A stretch of 64,000 bases of DNA from Yuukianura sp. NJ FZ-2021 (lineage: Eukaryota): NCBI GenBank assembly GCA_046563655.1, contig CM102284.1, positions 2,728,001 through 2,792,000 on the forward strand, in the 5' to 3' direction. Position numbers and translations under genes: made by a program. Shown piece by piece: positions 11,455 through 24,744 of this stretch (positions are counted from its first letter, which is position 1; each line of letters starts with the position of its first letter). A model generated the notes under the pieces. That model made no database searches, had not been told where the DNA came from, and saw nothing but the letters and a program-made list of their open reading frames with translations.

Positions 11455-14305
11455 ATGAGCAAAACTTCTGAAGAAGACGAACGTGTTTTTCTGTTGAGCA
11501 GTTCATCTTCAAAGAAATCTTATAAATCTTCTAGAGTAATTTCGTACAGTGACTTCTAGAAAATAAACTTTCTCTTGGATTTTGATTAAAAATTTTTTCG
11601 TCTTCAATTTCAGGACTTGTGTGACAGCGCTTCTGTGTCACTTAAACCGGAATTCGGAACTGACTACACAATAACTTACTCCTGGAACAACATCAGCGTT
11701 TGGACGAGTGCTGAAGATCGCAGCGGATCACTAGAAGGTCACACGTCGACGAGCAAAAGTTCACCTTCAGGAAGTAGTTGGTCATTCAAAAAGTACTCCA
11801 GTCCAATCTCAAAACAAATTCTATCAAACGGTAATAAAAATCGCGTGACCTTCCAATTTTCAGGCTTACGACGAAAATTAATAATGAATACTTACCAAGA
11901 AAAAATTACAAATTAATATAATTTTGAATTTTAAGTTAGTGGGGTCGCTCGCCCGGGAGAACTGTTAGCAATCATGGGAGCTTCCAGTTCAGGAAAAACT
12001 ACTCTGCTCAATACACTCACCTTCAGGAACCTAAAGAACCTAAGGGTTTGTGGGTTTCGGCGGGTCAACGGTATCCCAGTTGATCTTGACATGCTCAAGG
12101 CCGTTTCAGCATATATTAAACAAGATGACCTCTTCATCAGCACACTGACTGTCAGAGAACACCTCACTTTCCGAGCACTTCTGTGCATCCCACACACTTC
12201 CAAATCCAAACGCTACCAGCGAATCGACGAAGTCTTAGAAGAGGTCAGAGTTTGCAACCGAATTTGAAAATTTCAAATTCAAACTGAGTTTCTCGTTGAA
12301 TGCCTTTTTTTTTAGTTTGGACTTACAAAATGTGCTGACACTTTCATCGGAGACGAAAGATTAAAGGGCAAGCTTCCTAAATTTTTAATTTGACGGCACC
12401 TTTAACATAACACTTGTTGCCTAACGTCTGACTTTTATGATGTAAGTTGACCATTGCGTTGGAATTCTTAGGAATTTCTGGTGCTGAAATGAAGCGCGTC
12501 GCTTTTGCGTCAGAAGTCCTGACGGATCCACTTCTGATGTTCTGTGACGAACCCACGTCAGGATTGGATTCCGTCACGGCACTGACGGTCGTCAGCGTGT
12601 TACGCAGTATGGCTCAACGTGGAAAAACCGTCATTTGTACAATTCACCAACCTTCGTCAGAACTCATCGCGATGTTTGACAGAATCCTGCTAATGGCGGA
12701 AGGCCGGACAGCATTTTTAGGAACCACAAAAGAAGCTATTGACTTTTTTAACGAGTAAGATTGGTTTTTAACTTTTCCAAAACGTTTCTAAAATTTCTAT
12801 GATTTTTAGCCACGGATTTGAGTGCCCGATGAACTTCAACCCAACGGATTACTTCATTGAAACACTAGCGATTCTACCTGGGAATGAAGAGGCTTGTTTG
12901 AACACAGTTTGTCAACTTTGTGACGCTTTTGTAGAAAGTGACAATGGTCAACAACTTCAAACTGTGTCCCATCTCGAAACTACTGAAGCAGCTAGAAGAC
13001 TTCGCGCCAAAATGACTCTAGCATCGTCAAGGTCACGACGCTACAAAGCGTCCTGGATTGCCCAATTTTCAGCGACACTTTGGCGATCATGGCTAACCAT
13101 CATCAGAGAACCGATAATTCTGCGCACGCACTTTATACAAACAATGGTACTACTTTTAAAAAGAAAATGAAATTTTAGTTGTCTTTTTTTTTAATTTGAA
13201 AGCATTTTTAACTTTTTTTTTGTTTTAAGATCACTTCGTTACTGCTGAGTGCGTTTTACTGGAACCAAGTCACCGATCAAGACGGAGTCATGAACATCAA
13301 CGGAGCTATTTTTCTGTTCCTTATAAACATGACCTTCGGAAATGTTTTTGGAATCATTGATGTATGAGGTCACTGACCTTTGACCTTTAAAATCAAAATT
13401 TGAAACGTTTCGTTTTGTTTTTAGGTTTTCTGTAGAGAAATTCCAATATTTTTTCGTGAACACAATGATGGACTGTACCGAACGGATGTTTACTTTTTAT
13501 CAAAGACTGTAGCAGAACTTCCGCTGTTCACAATTTTTCCCGCCATTTTTACCTCAATTTGTTATTATTGCATTGGACTTAATCCCGAACTCAATCGCTT
13601 TCTCATTACTTGTGGAATTGTCATCCTGGTGGCAAATGTCGCTTGCTCGCTAGGTAAGTTAAGCTTCAAATTCAATTTGTTCAAATTCACTTTTACAGTT
13701 TTTTTTTAATTGACATCCAGGATACTTGGTGTCATGTGTCACTCCGAACCTGACGACGTTTGCCTTAAACCTGGTGGCTTCCATCATTATTCCATTGATG
13801 ATCTTTGCCGGTTTTCTTCTCAATCGAGCGTAAGAAGCGAGCGGAGTTTAAAAAATTGACAATTTGCACACAAAAAAACGGACAACTTTTGAATTTTGAA
13901 TGGCCTTTTGCGATTTCAGAATTTTATAAATTGAATTTTGAGATTGTCTGAAATTGTTTACCTTGGTCACGCATTTATTTTGTAGGTCAGTTCCAGTGTA
14001 CTTTTTTTGGGTTCCATATTTGTCGTGGTTTATGCACGGCAACGAAGCACTTTTAATCAACCAATGGGAAAATATCGATAGTATCCTGTGCAAGACGACT
14101 TGCCCAATCAATGGAACAGTTATACTGGAAACATTCAATTTCGACAAGGTTGGTGACCACAATTCAAGAAGCTCCAACCTTCAATTTAAAACTATTTCTT
14201 TTCTAGGCCGATTTGACCTTTGACATTGAAATGCTTGTGGTTTTGGCAGTTGGCTATAGACTGCTAGCCTACTTCGCCCTTCTGGTCAGAACCTACGGAA
14301 AATAA
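11455..14305 (+). CDS. ABCG half-transporter, white/scarlet family
   Basis: Multi-exon; [21 protein letters not shown] (Walker A), ISGAEMKR (signature), [13 protein letters not shown] (Walker B/D-loop), [18 protein letters not shown]-terminal TM domain with [15 protein letters not shown]. Confidence 0.93.
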
Positions 14306-14609
14306 GTGTTGCATCGGCGAAAATTGAAATAATAATTCAACATTTAGAAATGCTAGACTTTTTTATTATTGTTAAATCCTAAATGTTAACCTATAAATAC
14401 ATAGTGCAAAATAGTAATGTTGATAAATCAAAAAAAGAAAAAAAAAGATTTTCAGCATAATTTTTTGTTTATTCTTTAGTTGCGTTTACATTTATTGCCC
14501 CAAAAGTCTTTCGGGTTAATTTCTTGCCTCACCGCAACAAATATTTAAAAAAAGATTTTTTCCATTTTTCCAAATGTTGGACGACATTTCTACATTTACT
14601 TACACTTCC

Positions 14610-17600
14610 GACTTGCATTAAATTATTGCACATTGCTAATCAAGGTAAAAGATCAGACCAAGTGAAAGCTCTCAAGGCATGACTATATCACATCCACTAA
14701 TGGGAACAAATGTGTCGTACACAAATAAAATTACCCTGAAAATCTTAATTCTCACCTCAAATTAGTTTTAGTTGATTTTTAAGATTAGTGAATTTGAAGA
14801 TACATATTTAATTCTGCCATATACTATTTCTTACGCCGTAGACAGGTTGAAAGTTTATGGTGATCTGAAACATGACTGCAAATCTTTTCGTGGTGGCGGT
14901 GGGGGTGCCCTTATGTAGGCGCATTTCGGACTTGGACAATGGTAAATTTTTGTTCTACATTTAGCACAAATCCCCTTCAGGCACACCGTGCATCTTGAGC
15001 GGGTGTTGGTTCTCTTCGGGCAAAAGTAGCATCTTGAGGTTTTTGCCAGGAGTTTGGGCTTTTCAGTGTCAAGGGCGCCTGTTATACGACTTTCCAGTGT
15101 TTCATCCTCAGTTCTACCGTAGCCAACCTTCTCAAGGACACTGTCAAGGTACCTTGACGGCATAGGCATTCTTTGAATTCTAGTTGAAAATAGAGGATGC
15201 ATCAGTCCTTCAGAAAGGCGTCTCAAGAACATTCTTCGCGTAGTGCGATGGAAGTCAGCCGAACTTTTGTGCATTTTGTAGACAACGTATGCGTTGAGAG
15301 CAGCTATGTCCAGGAGAGCTTGGAAGATCTTTACCGGCCACCTAAATAGCATTAATTGTCTAATCGGTTGCTAGGCTGGAGCAAATGAAAGTATATTAAT
15401 TGGCATGGGAAACTCTACCTTCCAGTTGTCCTCTGGCAAGAATAATTAGCAATCATTTGATCTGCGGTGTCTACGCCTGCTTTGGTCATGTTGTAGTCCA
15501 AAATAATTTTGGGTTTAAATGGACGCAGCGAATCTATTTCAGCGGCATGGTGCTGCGTCGATAGCAGTAGCACTGCTCGATTCTTTTTCGGAACATATGA
15601 AACCTTCCAAATACAACAATTCACCTTTCTAAAATTTTTCATATTTTGTTGTATAGTTATGGTGCGTTAAAAAAAGTTCCTACCATTGTAAAATCTCCTT
15701 GAAAAGCAAACACTGAAGATAAAGGCTCCCGTCCTTTTGGATTGACGAACTGCGGAATGACGTCCATACGATTGTGGTTGAGCGTTCCCAGCATCGACAT
15801 CTTTTGCTTAATCAGTTCTTCGCCCAAGGATTTAGACGTGAAGAAACTGTCCATTGTCACCCCACGTCCAGAACCAAAATATTTTTTAACCAAATTCAAA
15901 ACAACTTTTTTCCCATGTTCCCGCTCCACCTTGTCACCAATTTTCCCTTGGTAGAGGTCAACCTTCAAAACATATCCAGTTTCAACGTCACAGACAGCCC
16001 ATAGCTTCATTCCAAACCTTAAAGAAACATAATATTATTAACTGACAAACAATGGATTTAATAATGTTGCCCATACTTTCCTGGCTTGGACTTCATGTAA
16101 ACTCGGAATTTGGAACTCCCATGAAATCTGACCAACATTTCATCCACAATGAGAGTGTCGTAAGGACGCAAATGTTTTTGCATATTTTCTACGAACGGCT
16201 CAAGTACTTCCGAGATGTAAGAAACCTTGGAACCAACGTCATCTTCGGCTTCGGATTCCTTAGTTGTTATGCGTGCTACTTTGTCATCAAACCTCAGAAA
16301 ACTGCCTATTGATCTGAATCTGCCTATGCCCATTGTCGCTATTATTAATGGAATAGAATAATGTTCATTCATCATCCACGCCTCCTTATAAGCTGTATTG
16401 CTGAAAAGAATAACAGTATTCAAAACTTAAATTCAATTCAAAACTCTAAAAGTTTTAAGGTTTACCGCAACTTTCCAGTTCCAAAATAGAGGAGTATTCC
16501 AATGTAGGCATACATTTCATCCAAGGTTAGTGGTTTCCACTTTATCACGATACCGGCTTTGTTTTTTTTCGGTTTCACTTCAAATACATACGTAGCATAG
16601 GCATTCGTGTGTTTCACAATCGTTTCTACAATGGCGGGTGGGAACATCAGTTTAAAGATCTCAGTAGGAGTCAATGTGCTGTCCTTCGCTTTGCCGACCA
16701 AGCCGCCTTTTTCTCTCAGGACTTCATACGCTCTTGTCTGTCTCTTGTGGTTCGGTTCCATGGTTGTCCATACTGTTTTATCTTTTGCCGTAAATGTTGC
16801 TTCTTCTTGAACGACTTTAACAAAGGTTCGTTCCTTTTCTTCATGTTTGGAGGTAGGGTGAAGAGAATGCTTTGGTTTGAAAGTGTGCTTTTTGCAAAGC
16901 TCTGCGACTGAATCTGCCGATTCCTCGAATATGACTTTCGTCTCTTCATTCTTTGCATCGTAGTCAGATTCTGGACTATCATTTTCACTGTCACTTGACT
17001 TGGAATCGGACACTTCGGAGTCGCCTTTCTCCAGCTCCCAATCTGAACCATTATCATCGTCAGCTTCAACTTCCTCTTCTGAGTCCGAACCTAACAAGAG
17101 TTCAGAATTAAAATTTTACTTTTTTCAGATTGTTTGAAACGGGAGTTTTAATATATAGAAATTCTTTTAGATTTTTTTAATGAGAAAGTGTTTCAGAATG
17201 TATTCAATCTGCTTCTTTCAGTGTTTTTTTTCTTTTTTTTTTTTGCAAAAATTATTTGTAGCAGGTGATTAGTGCGACAATAATTAGCGCAAATTAAGCA
17301 ACAGATGGGACAGGTTTCATTAGAGTTTAGATTTACTGTTGACAACTTGTGGGATTCGCGTTAATGACCCTTAAGCAAACCAACACTACTTTTGTTGAGA
17401 AAATTCTTTGTTTATATGAAATAAAAGTGGTTCAAACACTTACTCAGAGCTTTTTGGCACTTTGAACTACCAGGGATATCACGTGCTTTAGTATGCTCGA
17501 GACGCGACGACTTTTTGACAAATGGAGAAGTTGACGAGTTTCTTCTGTTTTTGAGCTTCGGTTTCAGACTCCTATCAACTTTCTTTTTTATTGGGAAAGA

Positions 17601-19418
17601 GACGGCAGTTTCTCTTTCTTTTTCAATTTTTTGTCGTGGTGAAGTTGCACTCATGATTATGTCGGTTCTTGACTTTTTGCTGAAAAGAAAATTTAGATTA
17701 CAACATCTCAAGTCCCAACGTCGTAAGGAAGGAATGTTTTAAAATGTAACAAGGTTTCTGAATCCCGCAAGGCAAAACAAAAATTGCGTTTGCCTTCGCA
17801 GATTACAGTGGAACCGGATTACATGGTTAGGAATAAATGTTCCAAATTGAAAAAGAAAAGAAATAAATTGTTTTTGGAAAAAGGAAACAAAATTCTCATA
17901 AATTTTTCATCCAATATTCTGATTTTTATCTAAAAACAAGGAAAAAATATTTTCAGTTTCTCGAGAACTTCCTGCTATTGATAAGAGCTGACAGCTTTAA
18001 GCAGAATTAATAGAAGCGCCAAGAATTGGCATGGGTTGTTTTAAAACATTAAGTTTTTTTTTAATTGAAAATTATCATTTCATATTATTAGAGAGAAAAT
18101 GTTTTACTACCTCGGAGAACCATAATCGCTGTCATCACTGGTGTTTGTATCATGACGAATAGGAATCAGTGTAAAGTCTTCATCATCACAACGCATTACT
18201 GGAATAATTTCACAAGTCCCTTCTGCCTCAAGCACTGGTGGCATTTCATCATCTTCATCACTGATAAACTCAACTTCACGTTTGAATTGCACTAAATCTT
18301 CTGTAGCCATATATAGATCTATGGTATCGGTTGATGCGTCATTCATCATGGCTGGGAAGTCAATTTCTTTGACTTCCCAAGATGACTTTTCGTCACTAAT
18401 CGAAAAAACGTTCTTCTCAAAATGAAACTGAACCATCGACGGCAAGGACTCCGAAATCACAGGATGTCGATTCTTATCCATCTGCATGATTTTCTGCTGA
18501 AGCAATTCCTTATTCAAGTACTCTAGAAAAACAATTTTTGAAATTAATTTTCAAAATTTTTCTTATTTTATCATCGGATGAGAGGACGAGATGCGTTTGA
18601 CATTTACCCACCTTCCAGCACTTGTTTTTGGAAAATACTTCTGAGCTCATCGTACTGACCGGAACCTTTGTTAGGCGTCTTCTTGTTCATTTTGCATTCA
18701 TAAGTTTCTAAGCACTCAGCCACAGAAAACTCAAGTTTTTTGAGCTTTTCTCTAATTTCAGCTTCAATTTGAAACAATTTCTCCCGGAGGATGATGACTT
18801 CTGTGATGGTTTTGAGGCAGGATGGACAAAATGGTAGAGTTCCATCATCCAGTTTAAGAGATTCCATTGACCCCCATTCAACTCTAAGTAGCTGACAAAT
18901 GACCTGAAAAATGTTGGATCTCGTAGCAACGTTGTTGTTTAAATTTTGTAATTCCAGAACAACGGATGTGCAATCGACGACCGCTCGTATTTTTGAACAA
19001 GTGAAGCACATAAATGAGACAAAATTTTGCTGAACTCCGTTCGGAGAATGATAGCTAAGAATTTGACCTCTCTTTTGAAACGCTGATGCCATTATAGTAA
19101 ATTTTATTTTTGAAATGTTTTATAACTAAATACCTAATAAAAATACTAAATCTTCTGAACTTGGCTTTACACTGTGAAAGTTTCATGTAAAACGGTACTT
19201 GCTATACTTTGGCCCTGTCCTTGGAGTGGCCCATACTTTTAACCACGTCTGCAATGATACTATACGCATTCGGCTCCGTTCGTGTTTTATTTTGATGCGT
19301 AAAGAGTCTATATGTAGTTTGACTGAAACGTGCTCATCCCTTTCCCCTACTACGACTGGTTCAAAACAAACACAAATTCTCGCATCGTCTCAAGTCACTA
19401 CAAAACCGAAAAGAGAAA
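14610..19418. repeat. Tandem segmental duplication, unit A (~4.8 kb)
   Basis: Colinear with 20076-24738 including UTR/promoter; both start gacttgcat.aa.tattgcaca and end aaaaccgaaaagagaaa. Confidence 0.9.
14855..19092 (-). CDS. ZAD-like zinc domain fused to piggyBac-derived transposase (PGBD-like), copy A, 1027 aa
   Basis: Exons 19092-18612, 18522-18111, 17679-17444, 17090-16466, 16400-16077, 16017-15684, 15603-15419, 15341-14855 join in frame with GT-AG introns (3084 nt). N-terminal CFTC...LPFCPSC plus coiled coil; transposase motifs IVDEMLV, KPGK|FGMKLW, TMDSFFTS, YNMTKAGVDTADQ, R|WP; C-terminal Cys-rich domain. Confidence 0.88.
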
Positions 19419-19594
19419 GTAATTCTAATTGCTAAATCTAACTTTAGTAATCTGCGGTAGTTCGTTCGGCTGACGTCATTTACATCATTTTCCTCATTTT
19501 AGCCCAAAAATACCTTAAAAACTTTGATAAACCTGTATTTTCTCGCAGCGAGAGCACTTTGTTTACATTTTACATTTTAAAAGAATTACTGGGA

Positions 19595-19975
19595 CCTGGA
19601 CGCCACATTGTTTTCTTCACTAATTCGAGGGTGCTGAACACGAATATAAGAAAAAATTTCACAGGAAATGAAAGGAAGCATTCGTAATTAATTTTTGAAT
19701 ATTTTGAGATCACGCGTAATCTTAACAAAAAAAATTTCCGAACGTTATTTTTTTTGTTAGGTTGATTAAATTAAATTAGATTCAGATAGACTAGGTTAGG
19801 CTAAATCCACTGAAGGTTATTCTTTCACAAATTCTTTTAACATTACGCCTGATGGCAAAACAACGATTTTCAAAAATTAACTACAAATACTTTCTTTCAT
19901 TTCCGGTGAAATTTTTTTTCATATTCGCTTTCACCACTCTCGAGTTAGTCTAGAAAACAACATGGCATCGACATC
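19595..19975. mobile_element. Foldback/MITE element with ~140-bp imperfect terminal inverted repeats
   Basis: Left arm ...ttgttttcttcactaattcgagggtgctgaacacgaatataagaaaaaatttcacaggaaatgaaagg... is the reverse complement of right arm ...ttctttcatttccggtgaaa...atattcgctttcaccactctcgagttagtctagaaaacaa; centre has TTAGG/TTAGA-like pentamers. Confidence 0.8.
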
Positions 19976-20075
19976 CAAGCCGCTCCGTAATACCCAGATT
20001 TTTCGCCAATTTTTTAATTCAAACACTGAGGTAAACCTCGTATTACAAATATGAAATGACTAACAATACATTTTT

Positions 20076-23000
20076 GACTTGCATAAAAATATTGCACACT
20101 GCACACCAAAATCAAAGATCCGACAAGTGAAAGTTCTCAACGCATGACTGTCACATCAACCCTTAAACACAAACAGTACACTCATAAACTTATGCTGCAA
20201 ATCTTAATTCTTAACGACGTACCTCAAATTAGTTTGAGTTAATTTTTAAGATTACTATAGCAAATTTGAAAATAAATTTTTAACTCATCCCTTTACTTTT
20301 TCCTACGTAGACAGGTTGAAAGTCTATGGTGATTTGAAACTCGACTGAAGATCTTTTCGTGGCGGCGGTGGGGGTGCCTTTATGTAGGCACATTTTGGAC
20401 TTGGACAATGGTAAATTTTTATTCCACACGTAGCACAAATCCCCTTCTGGCATACCGTGCATCTTGATCTGGTGGTTTTTCTGATTCCTTTCGGGCAAGA
20501 TGCGCAAGTTGTGAAAAGTTGCTGCACGAGATTCGGTTTCTCAGTTTCAAGGGCGTTTGCTATTCGACTTTCCAGGGTTTCTTCTTCAGTTCTACCGTAG
20601 CCAACTTTCTCAAGGACCCTGTCAAGATACGTAGTTGTTGAATACATCCTTTGGATTCTAGTTGAAATTCGGGGTTCCATCAGTCCTTCTGAAAGCGTCC
20701 TCAAGAACTTTTTGCGACTAGTGCGGTGAAAGTCATTAGTACTTTTGTGCAGCTTGTGGACGACGTATGCGTTGAGAGCAGCTATGTCCAGGAGCGCTTG
20801 GAAGATTTTTACTGGCCACCTAAATATTATTAATCTTCTAATCAGTTGCTATAGGATGGATCAAATTAAAGCATAGAAATTGAAATAGGAAACTCTACCT
20901 TGCAGTTGTCCTCTGACAAGAATACGTAGCAATCATTTGATCTGCGGTGTCGATGCCTGCTTTGGTCATGTTGTAGTCAAGAATCATTTTGGGTTTAAAT
21001 GGACGCAGTGAATCTATTTCAGCGGCATGGTGCTGCGTCGATAGCAGTAGCACTGCTCGATTCTTTTTTGGAACGTAGGAAACCTTCGAATGACAATAAT
21101 TCATTTTTAAAAAAATTTTTCTTACTGTGTTGTGGGATAATGTTACGTTAAAAGTAAGTTTTTACCATTGTAAAATCCCCTTGAAATGCAAACACAGAAG
21201 ACAAAAGTTCCCGTCCTTTGGGATTGACGAACTGCGGAATGACGTCCATACGCTTGTGGTTGAGCGTCCCCAGCATCGACATCTTTTGCTTAATCAGTTC
21301 TTCGCCCAGGGATTTGGACGTGAAGAAATTGTCCATTGTCACTCCGCGTCCAGAACCAAAATACTTCTCAACCAATTTCAAAACAACTTTCTTCCCATGT
21401 TCCCGCTCCACTTTGTCACCAATTTTCCCTTGGTAGAGGTCAACCTTCAGGACATATCCAGTTTCAACGTCACAGACAGCCCATAGCTTCATTCCAAACC
21501 TTAAAGAAACATAATATTACTAACACATAAGACATAACAAATGGATTTAGTAACATTGACCATACTTTCCTGGCTTGGATTTCATGTAAACGCGGAATTT
21601 GGAACTCCCATAAAATCTGACCAACATTTCATCCACAATTAGGGTGTCGTAGGGACGTAAGTGTTTTTGCATGTTTTCTACAAATGGCTCAAATACTTCC
21701 GATATATAGCAGAACTTGGAACTCTCGTCTTCTTCTATTTCGTTTTCGTTGGTTGACTTTATGCGGGCTACTTTGTCATCGAACCTTAGAAAACTCTGAA
21801 TTAAAGAGAATCTATCTCTGCTCATTGTTGCAACTACAGCGGGGAGAGAATATAGCTCCTTCGATGTCCATGCCTCTTTTAAAGCTGTATTGCTGTAATA
21901 GAATTAACAAAGCAATAAATAGTATAAAAAGAATAGTTTTAAAAAAGAAACATATTGTGCCAAAGTGAATGTTAAAATTCCCAAACGTTTTTTCCCGTTT
22001 GATTTACCGTTTCTTTTCTGTGCCCAAGTACAGTAGTATTCCGATGTATGCATACATTTCATCCAATGTTATTGGCGACCACTTTATCACGACACCGGCT
22101 CGGTTCTTTTTCGGATTCGTTTCATATGCATACGTGGCAAAGGCGTTCGTGTGTTTCACAATCGTTTCGACGATGGCGGGTGGGAACATCAGTTTAAAGA
22201 TCTGCGTTGGAGTCAATGTCTTGTCCTTCGCAGCGCCTATCAACCCACCTTTCTCTCTTAAAACCTCATAAGCTCTTGTCTGTCTCTTCTGGTTGGGTTC
22301 TACGGTTGTCCAAACTGTTTTGTCTTTTCCCGTAAATGTTGCTTCCTCCTGAACGACTTTAACGAAGGTTCGTTCATTTTCTTCATGTTTAGAAGTGGGG
22401 TGAAGAGAATGCTTTGCTTTAAAAGTGTGCTTTTTGCAAAGCTCTGCGACTGAATCTGCCGATTCCTCGAATGTAGCTTTCGTCTTTTCAATCTTTGAAT
22501 CGGATTCTGGATTTTCAGTGTCACTGTCACTTGATTTGGAATCAGACATTTCGGAATCGCCTTTTTGCAGGTTCCAATCAGAACCATTATCCTTCGCTTC
22601 AACTTCCTCTTCTGATGAGTCCGAATCTAACAAGAATTTGGCATTAAGATTTTATTTTTCTTTCAAAGTGTTTGAAATTAAAGTTTACGTCGAGAAAAAT
22701 TCTGCGACGCACGTTTTGATTTTTTTAAGCTAACAGAGTTCTAAATGACGTTTTGAGTTGGGGTAATTTTTTTGTGAATTATAGTGTGACGTTTTTTTTT
22801 TCAAAGAAATAAGTAACTTTTGATGAATTTCAATTTTTTAAGCGAAAGGACATGAAGGACATGTACACTCACCAATTGCCTTCTGTCGTTTCGAAATAGT
22901 ACCAGGAGCATTACTTGTTTTACGACGTGAATTAAATTTGGCGACTGCGGAAATTGACGAATTTCTGTTTTTCAGTATCGGTTTTACACTGCACGCAACT

Positions 23001-24738
23001 TTCTTCTTTATCGGAAAAGATACGGAAGCTTTTCTTTCTTCTAGATTTTTTTGTCGAGGAGATGTTGCACTCAGGATTATGTCGTTCCTAGACTTTTTGC
23101 TGAAAAGAAAATTGACATTACAATTCCTGTTGCAAAGCAAAGCAAATCTCGACTTTATACTAAAATACTTAAAGATTCTGCAACTCGCAGGACAGTTAAA
23201 AAAGGAGAAAATCTTGCAGCTTATAAAAAATCTAATAATAATAGTAATAATAATAATCTCAAATAAATCTAATTTAAATCTAAAGGTAAGAAATTTTTCA
23301 GTTTCTGGAAAGCTTGCCTACTATAAATATAAGTTAAGAATTAGTCCATGTTAGTATATCAGTATAGCTTTTTTCAATTGAAAATTATCATTATTTCACA
23401 AAATTTCAGAAAATAGCTTTTACCTCGGAGACCCGTAGTCACTGTCATCACTGATGTTTGAATCATGACGAACAGGAATCAGTTTAAAGTCTTCATCATC
23501 ACAAGGCATTACTGGAATAATTGCACATGCCCCTTCTGGCTCAAGCAATGGTGGCATTTCATCACCTTCATCACTGGCAAACTCAACTTTACATGTGAAT
23601 TGTACTAAATTTTCCGTAGCCATGCCTAAATCCATGGTATCGGTTGATGCATCAGTCATTATGGCAGGGAAGTCAATTACTTCGACTTTCAAAGATGGCT
23701 TTTTGTCATTAATCGAAAAAACGTTCTTCTCAAAATGAAATTGAACCATCGATGGCAAAGACTCCCCAATGACAGGATAATCATTCTGATCCATCTCCAT
23801 AATTTTCTGCTGAAGTAATTCCTTATTCATGTACTCTAGAATAACAATTTTCAAAGTTATTTTTCAAAATTTTCCATATTTTGATTGGACGAGATGCGTT
23901 TGACCTTTACCCACCTTCCAACACTTGTTTTCGAAAATTGCTTCTGAGGTCATCGTACTGACTGGAACCTTTGTTAGGCGTCTTCTTGTTCACTTTGCTT
24001 CCATAAGTTTCTAAGCACTCCGCGACAGACAACTCAAGTTTTTTCAGCTTCTCTCTAATTTCAGTTTCAATTTGAAACAATTTCTCCCGGAGGATGATGA
24101 CTTCTGTGATGGCTTTGAGGCAGGATGGACAAAATGGTAGAGTTCCATCATCCAGTTTAAGACATTCCATTGACCCCCATTCAACTCTAAGTAGTTGACA
24201 AATGACCTGAAAAATGTTGGATCTCGTAGCAAAGTTGTTGTTTAAATTTTGTAATTCCAGAACAACGGATGTGTAGTCCTCAAGTGCTCGTATTTTTGGA
24301 CAAGTGAAGCACAATTGAATACACGGTACAAAATTTTGTTGAACTCCGTTCGGAGAATGGTAGGTAAAAGTTTGACCTCTTTTTTGAAACGCTGATGCCA
24401 TTATAATAATTTTTATTTTTGAAATGTTTTTATAACTAAATACCTAATAAAATTACTAAATCTTCTGAACTTGGCTTTACTCTCATCTGCTGCGAAAGTT
24501 TCATGTGAAACGGTACTTGCTATACTTTGGCCTTGTCCTTGGAGTGGCCCGTACTTTTCATCTCTTCTGCAATGATACTATATGCATTCGGCTCCGTTCG
24601 TATTTTATTTTGATGGGTAAAGTTTGACTCTATAGTTTGACTGAAACGTACTCATCCCTCTCCCTTAATACTACGAATGGTTCAAAACAAACACAAATTC
24701 TGGCTTCGTCTCAACTAACGACAAAACCGAAAAGAGAA
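20076..24738. repeat. Tandem segmental duplication, unit B
   Basis: Paralogous to 14610-19418 over exons and flanks; introns more diverged. Confidence 0.9.
20324..24401 (-). CDS. ZAD-like zinc domain fused to piggyBac-derived transposase (PGBD-like), copy B
   Basis: Same 8-exon structure and intron phases as copy A; IVDEMLV, TMDNFFTS, KAGIDTADQ and Cys-rich tail CASC...CTVC...CATC...HCPSPKC; no stops seen. Confidence 0.88.
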
Positions 24739-24744
24739 AATAAA

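Noticed and set aside
14513-14519. GGGTTAA as a piggyBac terminus
   Set aside because: Wrong orientation for a left end and no matching inverted partner; not reproduced in duplicate unit B
16066-16078. Apparent GC donor after KPGKYG in PGBD copy A
   Set aside because: The downstream exon starts G-TTT-GGA-ATG, so the real donor is AA|GTATGG (GT) in both copies, giving KPGKFGMKLW
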